Assembly: GCA_045656745.1 (NCBI GenBank) | Contig: JAZORT010000028.1 | Span: forward strand, 8,862-72,861 | Length of the DNA: 64,000 nt | Source of the DNA: Eubacteriales bacterium | GTDB lineage: Bacteria > Bacillota > Clostridia > Oscillospirales > CAG-272 | Direction: 5' to 3' | Part shown: piece by piece, positions 43,786 through 52,582 of the stretch | Layout of the letters: the number at the start of each line of letters is the position of its first letter | Numbering within the stretch: the first letter of the stretch is position 1 | The notes under the pieces: model-generated | What the model saw: the letters and a program-made list of their open reading frames with translations, nothing else | Databases searched by the model: none | What the model was told of the DNA's origin: nothing | Made by a program: the position numbers and the translations under genes

Positions 43786-43871
43786 TGTGCGTGAGGTGGT
43801 CGATCCACGGCTTCGCCAAAAACAAAAGGATGCCACAAGGGCATCCTTTTGTTTTGGTGGAAACGGGTGGG
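43786..43871. repeat. copy 2 of the duplicated element, abutting and overlapping the 3' end of tRNA-Val
   Basis: tgtgcgtgaggtggtcgatccacggcttcgccaaaaacaaaaggatgccacaagggcatcctttt, followed by gttttggtggaaacgggtggg. The hairpin ggatgcc/ggcatcc with flanking A and T runs serves as the tRNA terminator. Confidence 0.7.
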
Positions 43872-43931
43872 CTCGAACCACTGACCCCCTGCATGTCAAG
43901 CAGGTACTCTGACCAACTGAGCTACGCTTCC
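43855..43931 (-). tRNA. tRNA-Val (anticodon GAC), CCA encoded
   Basis: Hand-folded cloverleaf: acceptor GGAAGCG/CGTTTCC; D arm GCTC-AGTTGGTCA-GAGT; anticodon arm CCTGC-TTGACAT-GCAGG; variable GGGTC; T arm AGTGG-TTCGAGC-CCACC; then A-CCA. Confidence 0.85.
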
Positions 43932-43947
43932 GAATATTAACGCAAGT

Positions 43948-43976
43948 ATGATACCACATAGCGGAGAAAAAGTCAA
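43948..43976 (-). promoter_or_regulatory. promoter of tRNA-Val
   Basis: On the reverse strand: TTGACT, 17-nt spacer ending in TGg, then TATCAT, about 17 nt upstream of the mature 5' end. Confidence 0.5.
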
Positions 43977-44036
43977 TAGATTTTTTAAAAAGTTTGTTTC
44001 TCTGTTTATACTTGATATGCTTTTTGTTTTTTTCTC

Positions 44037-44065
44037 TTGATATTTTCTTTATTTTGTGCTATAAT
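44037..44065 (+). promoter_or_regulatory. strong extended -10 promoter
   Basis: TTGATA (44037-44042), 17-nt spacer ending in TGc, then TATAAT (44060-44065). Confidence 0.55.
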
Positions 44066-44071
44066 TGAAGT

Positions 44072-44295
44072 GCCAAACGAATCGAATATTTTTATTAAGG
44101 GTATTTTTTATTTATGGGGATATTATACCTTTTTTCGCTGTACACTATCGTTGTGGATTTAGCAAAAATGTAAACTCCAAGCGTTAGTGTACGGCTAGAT
44201 TTCATATCCCTATTCTAATTCTTCGATTTGTTTGGCGACAATCGGAGTTTGCGTTTTTCGGTGCGGTGACTTCGGTTGCCGCACTTTTTGTTTTT
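44072..44295 (+). promoter_or_regulatory. structured 5' leader with a long-range closing helix and an intrinsic terminator (candidate riboswitch/attenuator, class unknown)
   Basis: gccaaacgaatcgaa (44072-44086) pairs with ttcgatttgtttggc (44222-44236), 14 of 15 positions. An inner helix pairs gtacacta with tagtgtac. The terminator at 44261-44295 lies 25 nt before the ATG. Confidence 0.4.
44261..44295 (+). terminator. leader terminator with a UUCG tetraloop
   Basis: Stem gtgcggtgac pairs with gttgccgcac (10 bp including two G-U pairs), loop ttcg, followed by tttttgttttt. It sits between the promoter and the RBS GGAGGAATGAAAATG. Confidence 0.6.
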
Positions 44296-44320
44296 ATCGA
44301 AAACGAATGGAGGAATGAAA

Positions 44321-45271
44321 ATGGAAGAACAGAACAATCAGAATTTTGAAAAACAAGAAACCGATGAGAACAAAGCTAGCGAGTCGGGCAAACAAAAAAA
44401 GCCGTTATCGCGTAAAACGAAAATGGCTATTATCATTGGTGCCGCAGTAGCAGTCATTGCAATAGTAATAGCAATAATAATTGCATTTCTCGGAAATGGC
44501 AATCGCGAGCATACTCATAACTGGCGTTACAACACAACAAAAGACAGAACATGTACGGAAAACGGAATTATGATAAAGAAATGTGACGTTTGCGGAGAAA
44601 CTACAGCCATTGATCTTTTAGCCGAACATTCTTACGGAGACTATCAACGTATTCAAGCAAACTGTATAATGGAAGGAAAGCAAGCCCGTTTTTGTAAGGT
44701 ATGCGGTCACGAAGATTCGTACGCTATTTCCGCGCGCGACTCACATTCATTTTGGAGTGATTGGACTATAGTAGAAGAAGCCGACTGCTTAACCGAGGGT
44801 AAAAGAGAGCGCAAATGTTATTATTGCGATGAATATGAACGGGAAATCATTCCTGCGCAACATAAATATTTAAACGGAACATGTACCGTATGCAATCGCG
44901 GATTGTTAAATTTTGTACTCCCCGATGCACCTATAATCGTACACGATTTCATCTCTAACGATTTAATTGATGAAACGTGTAAAATAACATCAATAGAACT
45001 TAAAGAAATTGAATACCGCAACGGAAAATACACAATAACATTCGTTTGGTCCGGTGAAAAAACATATGACAATAATGGCGATAACTATTCTTCCTCGGTT
45101 GGATTTGCTTATAAGATATACGATTCCGAGGGGTTTGTCGTATATTCTTCACAAACAATGTCGGTCGCAGTTAAGGTTGGTGAAAAGTTCCGCAACGAGG
45201 AGTTTACTACTGTCAGTCTAGACATTGACCCCGACGAACAATATACGATGGAAATTTTGAATTTGGACTAA
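44321..45271 (+). CDS. membrane-anchored protein with Cys-rich (zinc-ribbon-like) repeats and a C-terminal beta-rich domain
   Basis: Start at MEEQNNQ, which follows GGAGGA. TM segment MAIIIGAAVAVIAIVIAIIIAFL. It has 3-4 repeats of H-x(1-3)-(W/Y)-x(6-9)-C-x3-G-x5-C-x2-C. Confidence 0.7.
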   Translation: MEEQNNQNFEKQETDENKASESGKQKKPLSRKTKMAIIIGAAVAVIAIVIAIIIAFLGNGNREHTHNWRYNTTKDRTCTENGIMIKKCDVCGETTAIDLLAEHSYGDYQRIQANCIMEGKQARFCKVCGHEDSYAISARDSHSFWSDWTIVEEADCLTEGKRERKCYYCDEYEREIIPAQHKYLNGTCTVCNRGLLNFVLPDAPIIVHDFISNDLIDETCKITSIELKEIEYRNGKYTITFVWSGEKTYDNNGDNYSSSVGFAYKIYDSEGFVVYSSQTMSVAVKVGEKFRNEEFTTVSLDIDPDEQYTMEILNLD

Positions 45272-45576
45272 CGTATAATTCCTTTCAACTCAATTTAATA
45301 CTTTCCAAATTAATTACAAACAGTCAGCGAGCCGTTTGTTGAACCGAAACAGCAAGAACGGACGTTGAATTAAAAAGCTCTCGTAGTATTTTGAAAGCTG
45401 CTTCTTTTTCAGGAGCAGCTTTTTCGTTTTTTCGGATCAATATATATTGCAAAGAATTTGAAAATGTGTTAGGTTGTTATTAGTTAAATAATTTTTATAA
45501 GGCAACGGTAAATATGATATTCGCCCCTGAAGTTTAACACTTTAGGGGCGAATGTTTTTTCATAAATATCGATCGT

Positions 45577-46029
45577 TTATTTAATTTTTTCGAGTAATGC
45601 TTCGCAACCTTTAACGATATCGCGGTAGGTAAGCTCAAAGTCGCCTGTGTACCAGGGGTCTGCCACATCACGAGGGGTGGTTGTGAAATCAAGGAGCTTT
45701 GTGATTTTTGCCTTTGGGTCGGAGCCGAAAATGCGGTGCATATTTCTCACGTTTGCCGAGTCCATACCTATGAAGAGATCGTATTTTTCGTAGTCGGAGC
45801 GTTCAAGCTGAACTGCCGAGCGCCGAGCAAATTTTATGCCGTATTTTTCAAGAATTCGACGGGTGCCGGGGTGGATGTCATTACCTATTTCCTCGGTAGA
45901 TGTAGCGCAGGAGGAGACGGTGATTTTACCCTCGGGCAAGCCACGCTTTTTCAGTATATCCGCAAAGACAAACTCTGCCATCGGGCTGCGGCAAATGTTC
46001 CCGTGGCACACAAACATTACTTTAAACAT
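45577..46029 (-). CDS. low-molecular-weight protein-tyrosine phosphatase
   Basis: Start at MFKVMFVCHGNICRSPMAE, which follows GGAGCATATA and carries the C-x5-R-S P-loop. A DPWY Asp loop lies near the C terminus. Confidence 0.85.
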   Translation of the reverse strand: MFKVMFVCHGNICRSPMAEFVFADILKKRGLPEGKITVSSCATSTEEIGNDIHPGTRRILEKYGIKFARRSAVQLERSDYEKYDLFIGMDSANVRNMHRIFGSDPKAKITKLLDFTTTPRDVADPWYTGDFELTYRDIVKGCEALLEKIK

Positions 46030-46085
46030 TATATGCTCCAATATGTTTCTGCTCTGTTTTAACTCTTGTAATTTCCGTTTTTTGA

Positions 46086-46553
46086 TTATCCGAGGTCTTC
46101 AAAACCGGACTGGCGAAGAGCCTCGTAGACGGCTATTGCAACTGCGTTTGAAAGGTTGAGGCAACGAAGAGTTGGGCGCATTGGAATACGGACCGCGCGG
46201 TCGATATTTGCCTCTACAAGCTCGGGAGGCAGCCCTCTTGTTTCGCAGCCAAATACGAGATATGCGTTATCGGGATATTCCACCTGGGCATAATTTTTCT
46301 TTGCCTTTGAGGAGAAGAAATACATTTCCGCATTAGGATTTTTAGAGACGAAATCCTCGTAATTTTCATAATAAAAAACATCAAGCTTATCCCAATAGTC
46401 AAGCCCTGCTCTTTTCAGGGTGCGGTCGGAAATTTCAAAGCCTATGGGATAGATTATATGCAATGCGGCACCTGTTACGGCGGCGGTGCGGGAGATGTTT
46501 CCCGTATTTTGCGGTATTTCGGGAGAATAGAGGACTATGTTGATTTTTTTCAT
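46086..46553 (-). CDS. trmL: tRNA (cytidine/uridine-34 2'-O)-methyltransferase, SpoU/TrmH class
   Basis: INIVLYSPEIPQNTGNISRTAAVTGAALHIIYPIGFEISDRTLKRAGLDYW and the C-terminal RIPM...RCLNLSNAVAIAVYEA match TrmL blocks. Length is 155 aa. Confidence 0.85.
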   Translation of the reverse strand: MKKINIVLYSPEIPQNTGNISRTAAVTGAALHIIYPIGFEISDRTLKRAGLDYWDKLDVFYYENYEDFVSKNPNAEMYFFSSKAKKNYAQVEYPDNAYLVFGCETRGLPPELVEANIDRAVRIPMRPTLRCLNLSNAVAIAVYEALRQSGFEDLG

Positions 46554-46736
46554 TTTTTCCTTGGTATTTCCTTGGTACGTGATTTTTATACTAGTTTAGC
46601 ACACTTGGAGAGAAAAATCAAGAGAGGCGGTGATTAAAAAATTTTATTTAATTTACATTTTAGACTTTATTTTTAAAATACTTTGTGTTATAATATAATG
46701 AATTATTATTTGCCCACGCGAAAGGAATTGTTCACA

Positions 46737-49484
46737 ATGGGACTTTTTAAAACTTACAGTGAAAAACAAATAAAGCGCATTTTGCCCTTGGTTGACGCTA
46801 CGGAGGCTCTTGGAGAAAGATTTGCCGAGATGAGCAACGAGGAGCTGAAGGCTTATACCGATAAACTGAAGGGAGACCTTGCTGACGGCAAGACTCTTGA
46901 CGATATTCTTCCCGAGGCTTTTGCCCTTGTAAGAGAGGCAGACACCAGAGTGCTTGGAAAACGCCCCTACCGCGTGCAGATCATGGGCGGTATTCTCCTG
47001 CACCAGGGCCGTATTGCCGAAATGAAAACCGGTGAGGGTAAGACTCTTGTTGCTACAATGCCCGCATATCTTAACGCACTTTCGGGCAACGGCGTTCACA
47101 TCGTTACGGTAAACGATTACCTTGCTAAGCGTGACTCTGACGAGATGGGCAGAGTTTACGGCTTCCTCGGTCTTACTACCGGTCTTATTATCCACGGACA
47201 AAACGGCTCGGAAAAGAGAGCGGCGTACAATGCGGATATTACCTACGGAACAAATAACGAGCTCGGCTTCGACTATCTTCGTGACAATATGGTTGTTTAC
47301 AAGGAAAAGATGGTACAGCGCGGTCACAACTTTGCTATCATCGACGAGGTTGACTCCATTCTTATAGACGAGGCGAGAACTCCCCTTATTATTTCGGGTC
47401 AAAGCTCAAAGTCCACCGACCTTTATACCCTTGCTGACAGACTTGTAAGAACTATGAGCCGTCACGTTATCAAGGAGGTTGACGCCAAGGAGGACCTTGA
47501 CACCTACAAAGAGGACTTTATCGTTGACGAAAAGGCGAGAACTGCCGTTCTTACTCAGCACGGTATTGAAAAGGCGGAGAGATACTTTAACCTTGAAAAC
47601 CTTTCCGACCCTCAGAACGCAAGTATTTATCACCATGTAAATACCGCTATAAAGGCTCACGGCGTTATGAAGCGCGACGTTGATTACATTGTTAAGGACG
47701 GAAGCGTTATTATCGTTGATACGTTCACCGGCCGTCTTATGCCCGGACGCCGTTACAACGACGGTCTTCACCAGGCTATTGAGGCAAAGGAGGGTGTAAG
47801 CGTTCAGCGCGAGTCCCGCACTATTGCGACCATTACCTTCCAGAACTATTTCCGTATGTACAAGAAGCTTTCGGGTATGACGGGTACTGCTCTTACGGAA
47901 GAGGACGAATTTAAGCAGATTTACGCCCTTGACGTTGTTGAGGTTCCCACCAACAAGCCTATGATAAGGCTTGACTGCAACGATGTTGTTTACCGCACCA
48001 GAAGAGGAAAGCTTTACGCGATAGTTGAGCAGATAAAGGAATGTCACGAAAAGGGACAGCCCGTTCTTGTCGGTACAGTTTCTATCGACAAGTCGGAGGA
48101 GCTTTCGCAGATTTTGAAAAAGAGCGGAATCCCCCACACCGTTCTTAACGCAAAGCACCACGAAAAAGAGGCCGAAATCGTTGCTCAGGCAGGAAAATTC
48201 GGCAGTGTTACCATTTCTACAAATATGGCCGGTAGAGGTACAGATATTATGCTCGGAGGAAATCCCGAGTATCTTGCTAAAAACGAAATGCGCAAGGCAG
48301 GCTTTGAGGAAGGCCTTATCGCTATGGCTACAAGCTCCGCGCCCTCGGATGACGAGGAGGTAAGCCGAGCAAGAGCTACCTTTGCCGAGCTTTACGCAAA
48401 GCACAAGGCGGAAATCGCGCCTGAGGCTGAAAAGGTGCGCGAGGCGGGCGGTCTTTACATTCTCGGTACAGAGCGACACGAGAGCCGCCGTATAGACAAC
48501 CAGCTCCGCGGTCGAAGTGGCCGTCAGGGAGACCCGGGTGAGTCGAGATTCTTCCTTTCGCTTGAGGACGACCTTATGCGTCTTTTCGGCTCGGACAGAA
48601 TTATCGGTATGTGCGAGCGTCTCGGTCTTGACGAAAGGACTCCCATTGACGCGAAGATACTTTCGGGCTCTATTGAGCAGGCACAGAAGCGCATAGAGGA
48701 CAACAACTTTAACAGACGTAAGAACGTTCTTACCTACGACGATGTTATGAATCAGCAGCGTCAGGTTATTTATCAGCAGCGCTCCGAGGTGCTTCACGGA
48801 ATCAATATTTCCGAGACCATTACGGGAATGATAACCCGCTCGGTTGGCGAGACCTTTGACTTCTGCTTCGGTGTTGACACTCCTGAGGATTGGAAGATCG
48901 ACGAATTCAAAAACCATTACCTCGGCAAGCTTACCGATGAGCGCTTCGAGCTTTCTCTCGAGGAGCTTCGCGAGATAGACAGAGAGGATATGCGTCAGGC
49001 ACTTATCGACAAGGCTCTCGAAATCTATCACTCCAAGGATGAGCTGTTCTCTGCAGCTGAGGGTATGCCCGAAAACGCAATGCGCGAGGTTGAAAAGGTT
49101 ATCCTTCTTCAAAACGTTGACAAAAAGTGGATGGACCACCTTGAGGAGATGGATGAGCTTAAGGAATATGTCGGTCTTAACTCCTACGCACAGCGCGACC
49201 CCGTTGCAATGTACAGAATTCAGGGTGCGGATATGTTTGACCAGATGGTTGACGATATTAAGGAGGACACAGTAAGACAGATTCTTACCGTTACTCCCAG
49301 AGTTCAGTCCACCGAGCGTGTTCAGGTTGCAAAGCCTACCTCAGAGGGATTTGACGGCGGAAAATCCATAGTGCGCAAGCCCGTAACCGTTACCAAGACA
49401 GGCAGAAACGACCCCTGCCCCTGCGGCAGCGGTAAGAAGTACAAAAAATGCTGCGGCATGTCGGTTGCTGCCGATAAAGACTGA
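46737..49484 (+). CDS. secA: preprotein translocase ATPase SecA
   Basis: Start at MGLFKTYSEKQIKRI, which follows AAAGGAA. Walker A MKTGEGKTLVA, DEVDSILIDEARTPLIISG, TNMAGRGTDI, and the C-terminal zinc motif CPCGSGKKYKKCCG. Confidence 0.95.
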   Translation: MGLFKTYSEKQIKRILPLVDATEALGERFAEMSNEELKAYTDKLKGDLADGKTLDDILPEAFALVREADTRVLGKRPYRVQIMGGILLHQGRIAEMKTGEGKTLVATMPAYLNALSGNGVHIVTVNDYLAKRDSDEMGRVYGFLGLTTGLIIHGQNGSEKRAAYNADITYGTNNELGFDYLRDNMVVYKEKMVQRGHNFAIIDEVDSILIDEARTPLIISGQSSKSTDLYTLADRLVRTMSRHVIKEVDAKEDLDTYKEDFIVDEKARTAVLTQHGIEKAERYFNLENLSDPQNASIYHHVNTAIKAHGVMKRDVDYIVKDGSVIIVDTFTGRLMPGRRYNDGLHQAIEAKEGVSVQRESRTIATITFQNYFRMYKKLSGMTGTALTEEDEFKQIYALDVVEVPTNKPMIRLDCNDVVYRTRRGKLYAIVEQIKECHEKGQPVLVGTVSIDKSEELSQILKKSGIPHTVLNAKHHEKEAEIVAQAGKFGSVTISTNMAGRGTDIMLGGNPEYLAKNEMRKAGFEEGLIAMATSSAPSDDEEVSRARATFAELYAKHKAEIAPEAEKVREAGGLYILGTERHESRRIDNQLRGRSGRQGDPGESRFFLSLEDDLMRLFGSDRIIGMCERLGLDERTPIDAKILSGSIEQAQKRIEDNNFNRRKNVLTYDDVMNQQRQVIYQQRSEVLHGINISETITGMITRSVGETFDFCFGVDTPEDWKIDEFKNHYLGKLTDERFELSLEELREIDREDMRQALIDKALEIYHSKDELFSAAEGMPENAMREVEKVILLQNVDKKWMDHLEEMDELKEYVGLNSYAQRDPVAMYRIQGADMFDQMVDDIKEDTVRQILTVTPRVQSTERVQVAKPTSEGFDGGKSIVRKPVTVTKTGRNDPCPCGSGKKYKKCCGMSVAADKD

Positions 49485-49489
49485 CGGCT

Positions 49490-50185
49490 ATGGGATTCGG
49501 TATACTTTTCGTAGGATATTTCCTGCTTCTTAACATCAGCACACCCGAGCTTACCGACGCTGTTGCGGCGGCGGTAATGCTCTATGCCTTTTACAAGCTC
49601 AAAGAGGTCTGCCCCGAATTTAAAAAAGGGGTGGGCGCCTCTCTTGCCTTCTTGATTTTCGGCCTTTTCGAGCTTTTTGTTGCCGTATCATCGACTCTTG
49701 GCATTATAAGCTTGCCAGCCCTGCCCATAGGGCTTATACCAATGATTCGCCACCTTTTGGCGGCGGTTTGCTCATTCCTTATGCTTCTCGGAATGAGAGA
49801 GACGGCAAGCGAGGTTGAGCTGCCTGCTATTGCGAAAAAGTGCAACCGCAACTTATACCTTACGGCGGCAGTTTACGGAATACACATTCTTCTTGAAGCC
49901 GAAAGCGTAGCAAATCTTTTGCCTGCCGGCTTTGCGCTCGGACTTTACATAACCGCTCTTGTGGTTACTCTTGCAAGGCTTGCAGTAATAATTCTCAACC
50001 TTTCGGCTATCTATTCCTGCTATATGAGGATATGTATGCCCGGTCAGGAGGACCCGAAGCCTAAGCAGAGCCGCTTCGGTTTCGTTAACGACTTCCGCAA
50101 GCACCAAGAGGACAAGCAGAGAGAATACGCCGAATACAGACTTGAGAAATTGAAATCCAAGAAAAACAAAAAAAGAAAGAAATAA
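49490..50185 (+). CDS. polytopic membrane protein with a Lys-rich tail, unknown function
   Basis: About 6 TM segments. The C terminus is charged (KLKSKKNKKRKK). It starts 5 nt after secA. Confidence 0.65.
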   Translation: MGFGILFVGYFLLLNISTPELTDAVAAAVMLYAFYKLKEVCPEFKKGVGASLAFLIFGLFELFVAVSSTLGIISLPALPIGLIPMIRHLLAAVCSFLMLLGMRETASEVELPAIAKKCNRNLYLTAAVYGIHILLEAESVANLLPAGFALGLYITALVVTLARLAVIILNLSAIYSCYMRICMPGQEDPKPKQSRFGFVNDFRKHQEDKQREYAEYRLEKLKSKKNKKRKK

Positions 50186-50189
50186 AAAT

Positions 50190-51623
50190 ATGAGAAAAAA
50201 GAAAGAAAAGGACAGCTTTTCTTATTTTAAGCTTGCCGTAGCGCTGATTTTTCTCCTCAACCCTTGTATAAAATTCGTTGACCTTCTTGCGGATTTTGTT
50301 GCCTGCATTATTATTTCGAAAATGCTTTCGGGCTATTGCGACCGCTCGGAGGGCTTTACAGAGGCGAGAGATTCATTCGTTAAGCTGGGCTGGCTATCCT
50401 TTATGAAAATTCCTGCCTTTATCCTCGCGGTAATGATAAGAGGAAAGAACACGGTCGATAACGATATAAGCGTTCTTTTCACCCTTATTTTTGCAGTGTT
50501 TGAGGCTTATATGCTTATCGTTGCGGTGAAATGCCTCTTCTCTGCTCTTTTCCACGTTGGACTGCGCGGCGGAGCGGACGCAACCATTCTCCCCTTTTCC
50601 GCTTTGGGCAAGAAAATTCGCGTAAGGCCCGAAGTCTTAAAGGTTATGAGCTATATTTTCGCCGCTTTAAGGTCGGCTGCCTGCTTCCTTCCGGAGACGC
50701 TGATGCTTTCTACCACAGAGGATGCTTACGGAAACCCGAAGCTTTTCAGGCTGAAGGCTATGTATCCAAAAATATTCCTTATCGGCGTTTTTGTAACTCT
50801 TGCTTTGGGGTTGATTGTCTTTATATTGTATATGGCTTATTTCAGAGCCATTCGCAAGGAGGGCGCGCTGAAGAGCGGAATAATTTCGCTCCATACAGAG
50901 GGCGAGCTTCTTGAAATTGAGGAATATATCAACGCAAAGAGGCTTAAAAGAAAGCTTAGATTTATTGCACTTACATCATTCTTCTCGTTCGATATAGTCA
51001 TTGAAAATATGGCTAATATTGATATTGTTCCCGACTTTATTTTCGGAATTTTGATTACCCTTGCGACCTGCAAGCTGCTGAGCACGAAAAAGGTAAAGCT
51101 ACTTTTAGGAATACCTGCAGGGCTTTACACTTTGCTCTCGCTGGTAAACTTTGTTCTCACCTTGAATTTCCTTGACAGCTATGAATACATCTCTCTTGTG
51201 CACAAGGCTGCGAAGGACGCGTATCTTCCCATACTCAATATAGGAATTGCACAGTATTGCCTTTGGATAATCTCGATTTTTGTAGTCTGCTCGGTTTTAT
51301 ATACCTTTGTTAAGAAATATACGGGTATAGATGTTGACCAAAGGTCAAGGGTTACTGTGAAAAACGACCGCAGAAGACTCTCGGGAATTCTTGTTTTCGG
51401 CTTCCTCGGTACGGCGATCGGTCTTTGCAAGGTCATAGGTCTTTTCCTAAACTACAATATGTCGGTTATGGAATTTACCGTTCAAAACAGAGCGAAGGAT
51501 ATTATCACATCTCCTCTGCCCTGGTTTAACACATTCTCGTTCATTTTGAACATTGCTTTCGTTGCATACACCTGCTACTTCATTTCCTGCCTCACCGACG
51601 AGGTAGACTTGAAATACTCATAA
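50190..51623 (+). CDS. polytopic membrane protein, unknown function (distant N-terminal similarity to the preceding gene)
   Basis: Multiple TM segments. N-terminal LIFLLNPCIKFVDLLADFVACIIISKML compares with FLLLNISTPELTDAVAAAVMLYAFYKL of 49490..50185. Confidence 0.65.
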   Translation: MRKKKEKDSFSYFKLAVALIFLLNPCIKFVDLLADFVACIIISKMLSGYCDRSEGFTEARDSFVKLGWLSFMKIPAFILAVMIRGKNTVDNDISVLFTLIFAVFEAYMLIVAVKCLFSALFHVGLRGGADATILPFSALGKKIRVRPEVLKVMSYIFAALRSAACFLPETLMLSTTEDAYGNPKLFRLKAMYPKIFLIGVFVTLALGLIVFILYMAYFRAIRKEGALKSGIISLHTEGELLEIEEYINAKRLKRKLRFIALTSFFSFDIVIENMANIDIVPDFIFGILITLATCKLLSTKKVKLLLGIPAGLYTLLSLVNFVLTLNFLDSYEYISLVHKAAKDAYLPILNIGIAQYCLWIISIFVVCSVLYTFVKKYTGIDVDQRSRVTVKNDRRRLSGILVFGFLGTAIGLCKVIGLFLNYNMSVMEFTVQNRAKDIITSPLPWFNTFSFILNIAFVAYTCYFISCLTDEVDLKYS

Positions 51624-51639
51624 AAGGAAAGGTCTGCTT

Positions 51640-52581
51640 TTGGCAGATTGGGTTTTTTCATCAATGAAACCAAACAAATCTTTGGGCTTTGATTTTTCGG
51701 CAAAAATCAAGTCGCTTTCAGACAAGACTAAAGCTCTGCCCAAGAAGCTCAAAAATCTCTTAAAAAAAGAAAATTTCAAGACACTGTTTACAGAAAAGCT
51801 TGATGTTCTTGTTTCGGCACTTATTATTGCTACGGGCATTTGTTTTATTGTCTGTGACTACATACTCTTCAAGAGCGGCGGGGTAAGGCCTTATTCTGCC
51901 GAGAGGGTTGGAAAATTCCTTATTTTTCCTATGATCATGTTAGGGATTACGGCAGTTTTCGCCTTTATCGACGGCCTCAGAAAAAACAGACGCACCCTCT
52001 GCGAGCGCGGAGGATATAACGAGATGGCAAACGACCGCCTTGGCAGAATTACCAAAAAGCTTTTGGCGGACTTTGACCTTGGCTCGGCGTCCGAGGAGGT
52101 AAAGAGCGAGCTTTCGGCTCTTAGAAAAAAGAGGGTTAACACCCTTACCGTTGCTATATCAACTACCTCTACCGCTTTTGTTTTTTCGGTTATTACCCTT
52201 ATAAACACCGACAAATTTACGGTTGAGCATGTTAATGCCGATATTGCAAGGGCTGCGTGCGTTATTATTTTTGCCTCGGTATTAAGCTTTATTGCCTGGT
52301 GCGTTTATTCCTCGCAGTGCTTCAATACAAGAAACGAGGAGAGAAGAATAATCCGCGAGGCTCTGCGCGAAAATCCCGACCTGCGACTTCCCAAGGCTGA
52401 AAAAGAACAGAAAGGAAGACTCTCCCGCATTATTGAAAGCGAGAAGGCAGGCTTTATACTGAAGGCTTTGCTCCTTGCTGTTTCGCTCGTCCTTATCGTG
52501 CTTGGAATAATGAACGGCGGTATGGCGGACGTTTTGTCAAAGGCGGTAGCTATTTGTATGGAGTGTATAGGAATTGGCTGA
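51640..52581 (+). CDS. membrane protein ending in a CXXC-IGIG motif (CD1871A-like C-terminal module)
   Basis: TTG start lies 7 nt after AAAGGAAAGG; an alternative ATG is at 51664. The C-terminal ...LLLAVSLVLIVLGIMNGGMADVLSKAVAICMECIGIG consists of a TM helix plus C-x2-C at the extreme C terminus. Confidence 0.6.
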   Translation: MADWVFSSMKPNKSLGFDFSAKIKSLSDKTKALPKKLKNLLKKENFKTLFTEKLDVLVSALIIATGICFIVCDYILFKSGGVRPYSAERVGKFLIFPMIMLGITAVFAFIDGLRKNRRTLCERGGYNEMANDRLGRITKKLLADFDLGSASEEVKSELSALRKKRVNTLTVAISTTSTAFVFSVITLINTDKFTVEHVNADIARAACVIIFASVLSFIAWCVYSSQCFNTRNEERRIIREALRENPDLRLPKAEKEQKGRLSRIIESEKAGFILKALLLAVSLVLIVLGIMNGGMADVLSKAVAICMECIGIG

Positions 52582-52582
52582 T

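Noticed and set aside
43619-43871. Possible mini CRISPR array or protein-coding ORFs (43620..43940 plus strand, 43723..43959 minus strand)
   Set aside because: There are only two repeat copies, each about 65+ nt and containing a terminator hairpin, and no cas genes are present. The ORFs run through a tRNA gene and its terminator.
47406-49139. 577-aa reverse-strand ORF (plus 46653..47402, 249 aa) opposite secA
   Set aside because: It lies entirely antisense to a gene with unambiguous SecA motifs. The translation is low-complexity (L/V/N/S/K-rich) with no SD or recognisable domain, which is a typical shadow ORF.
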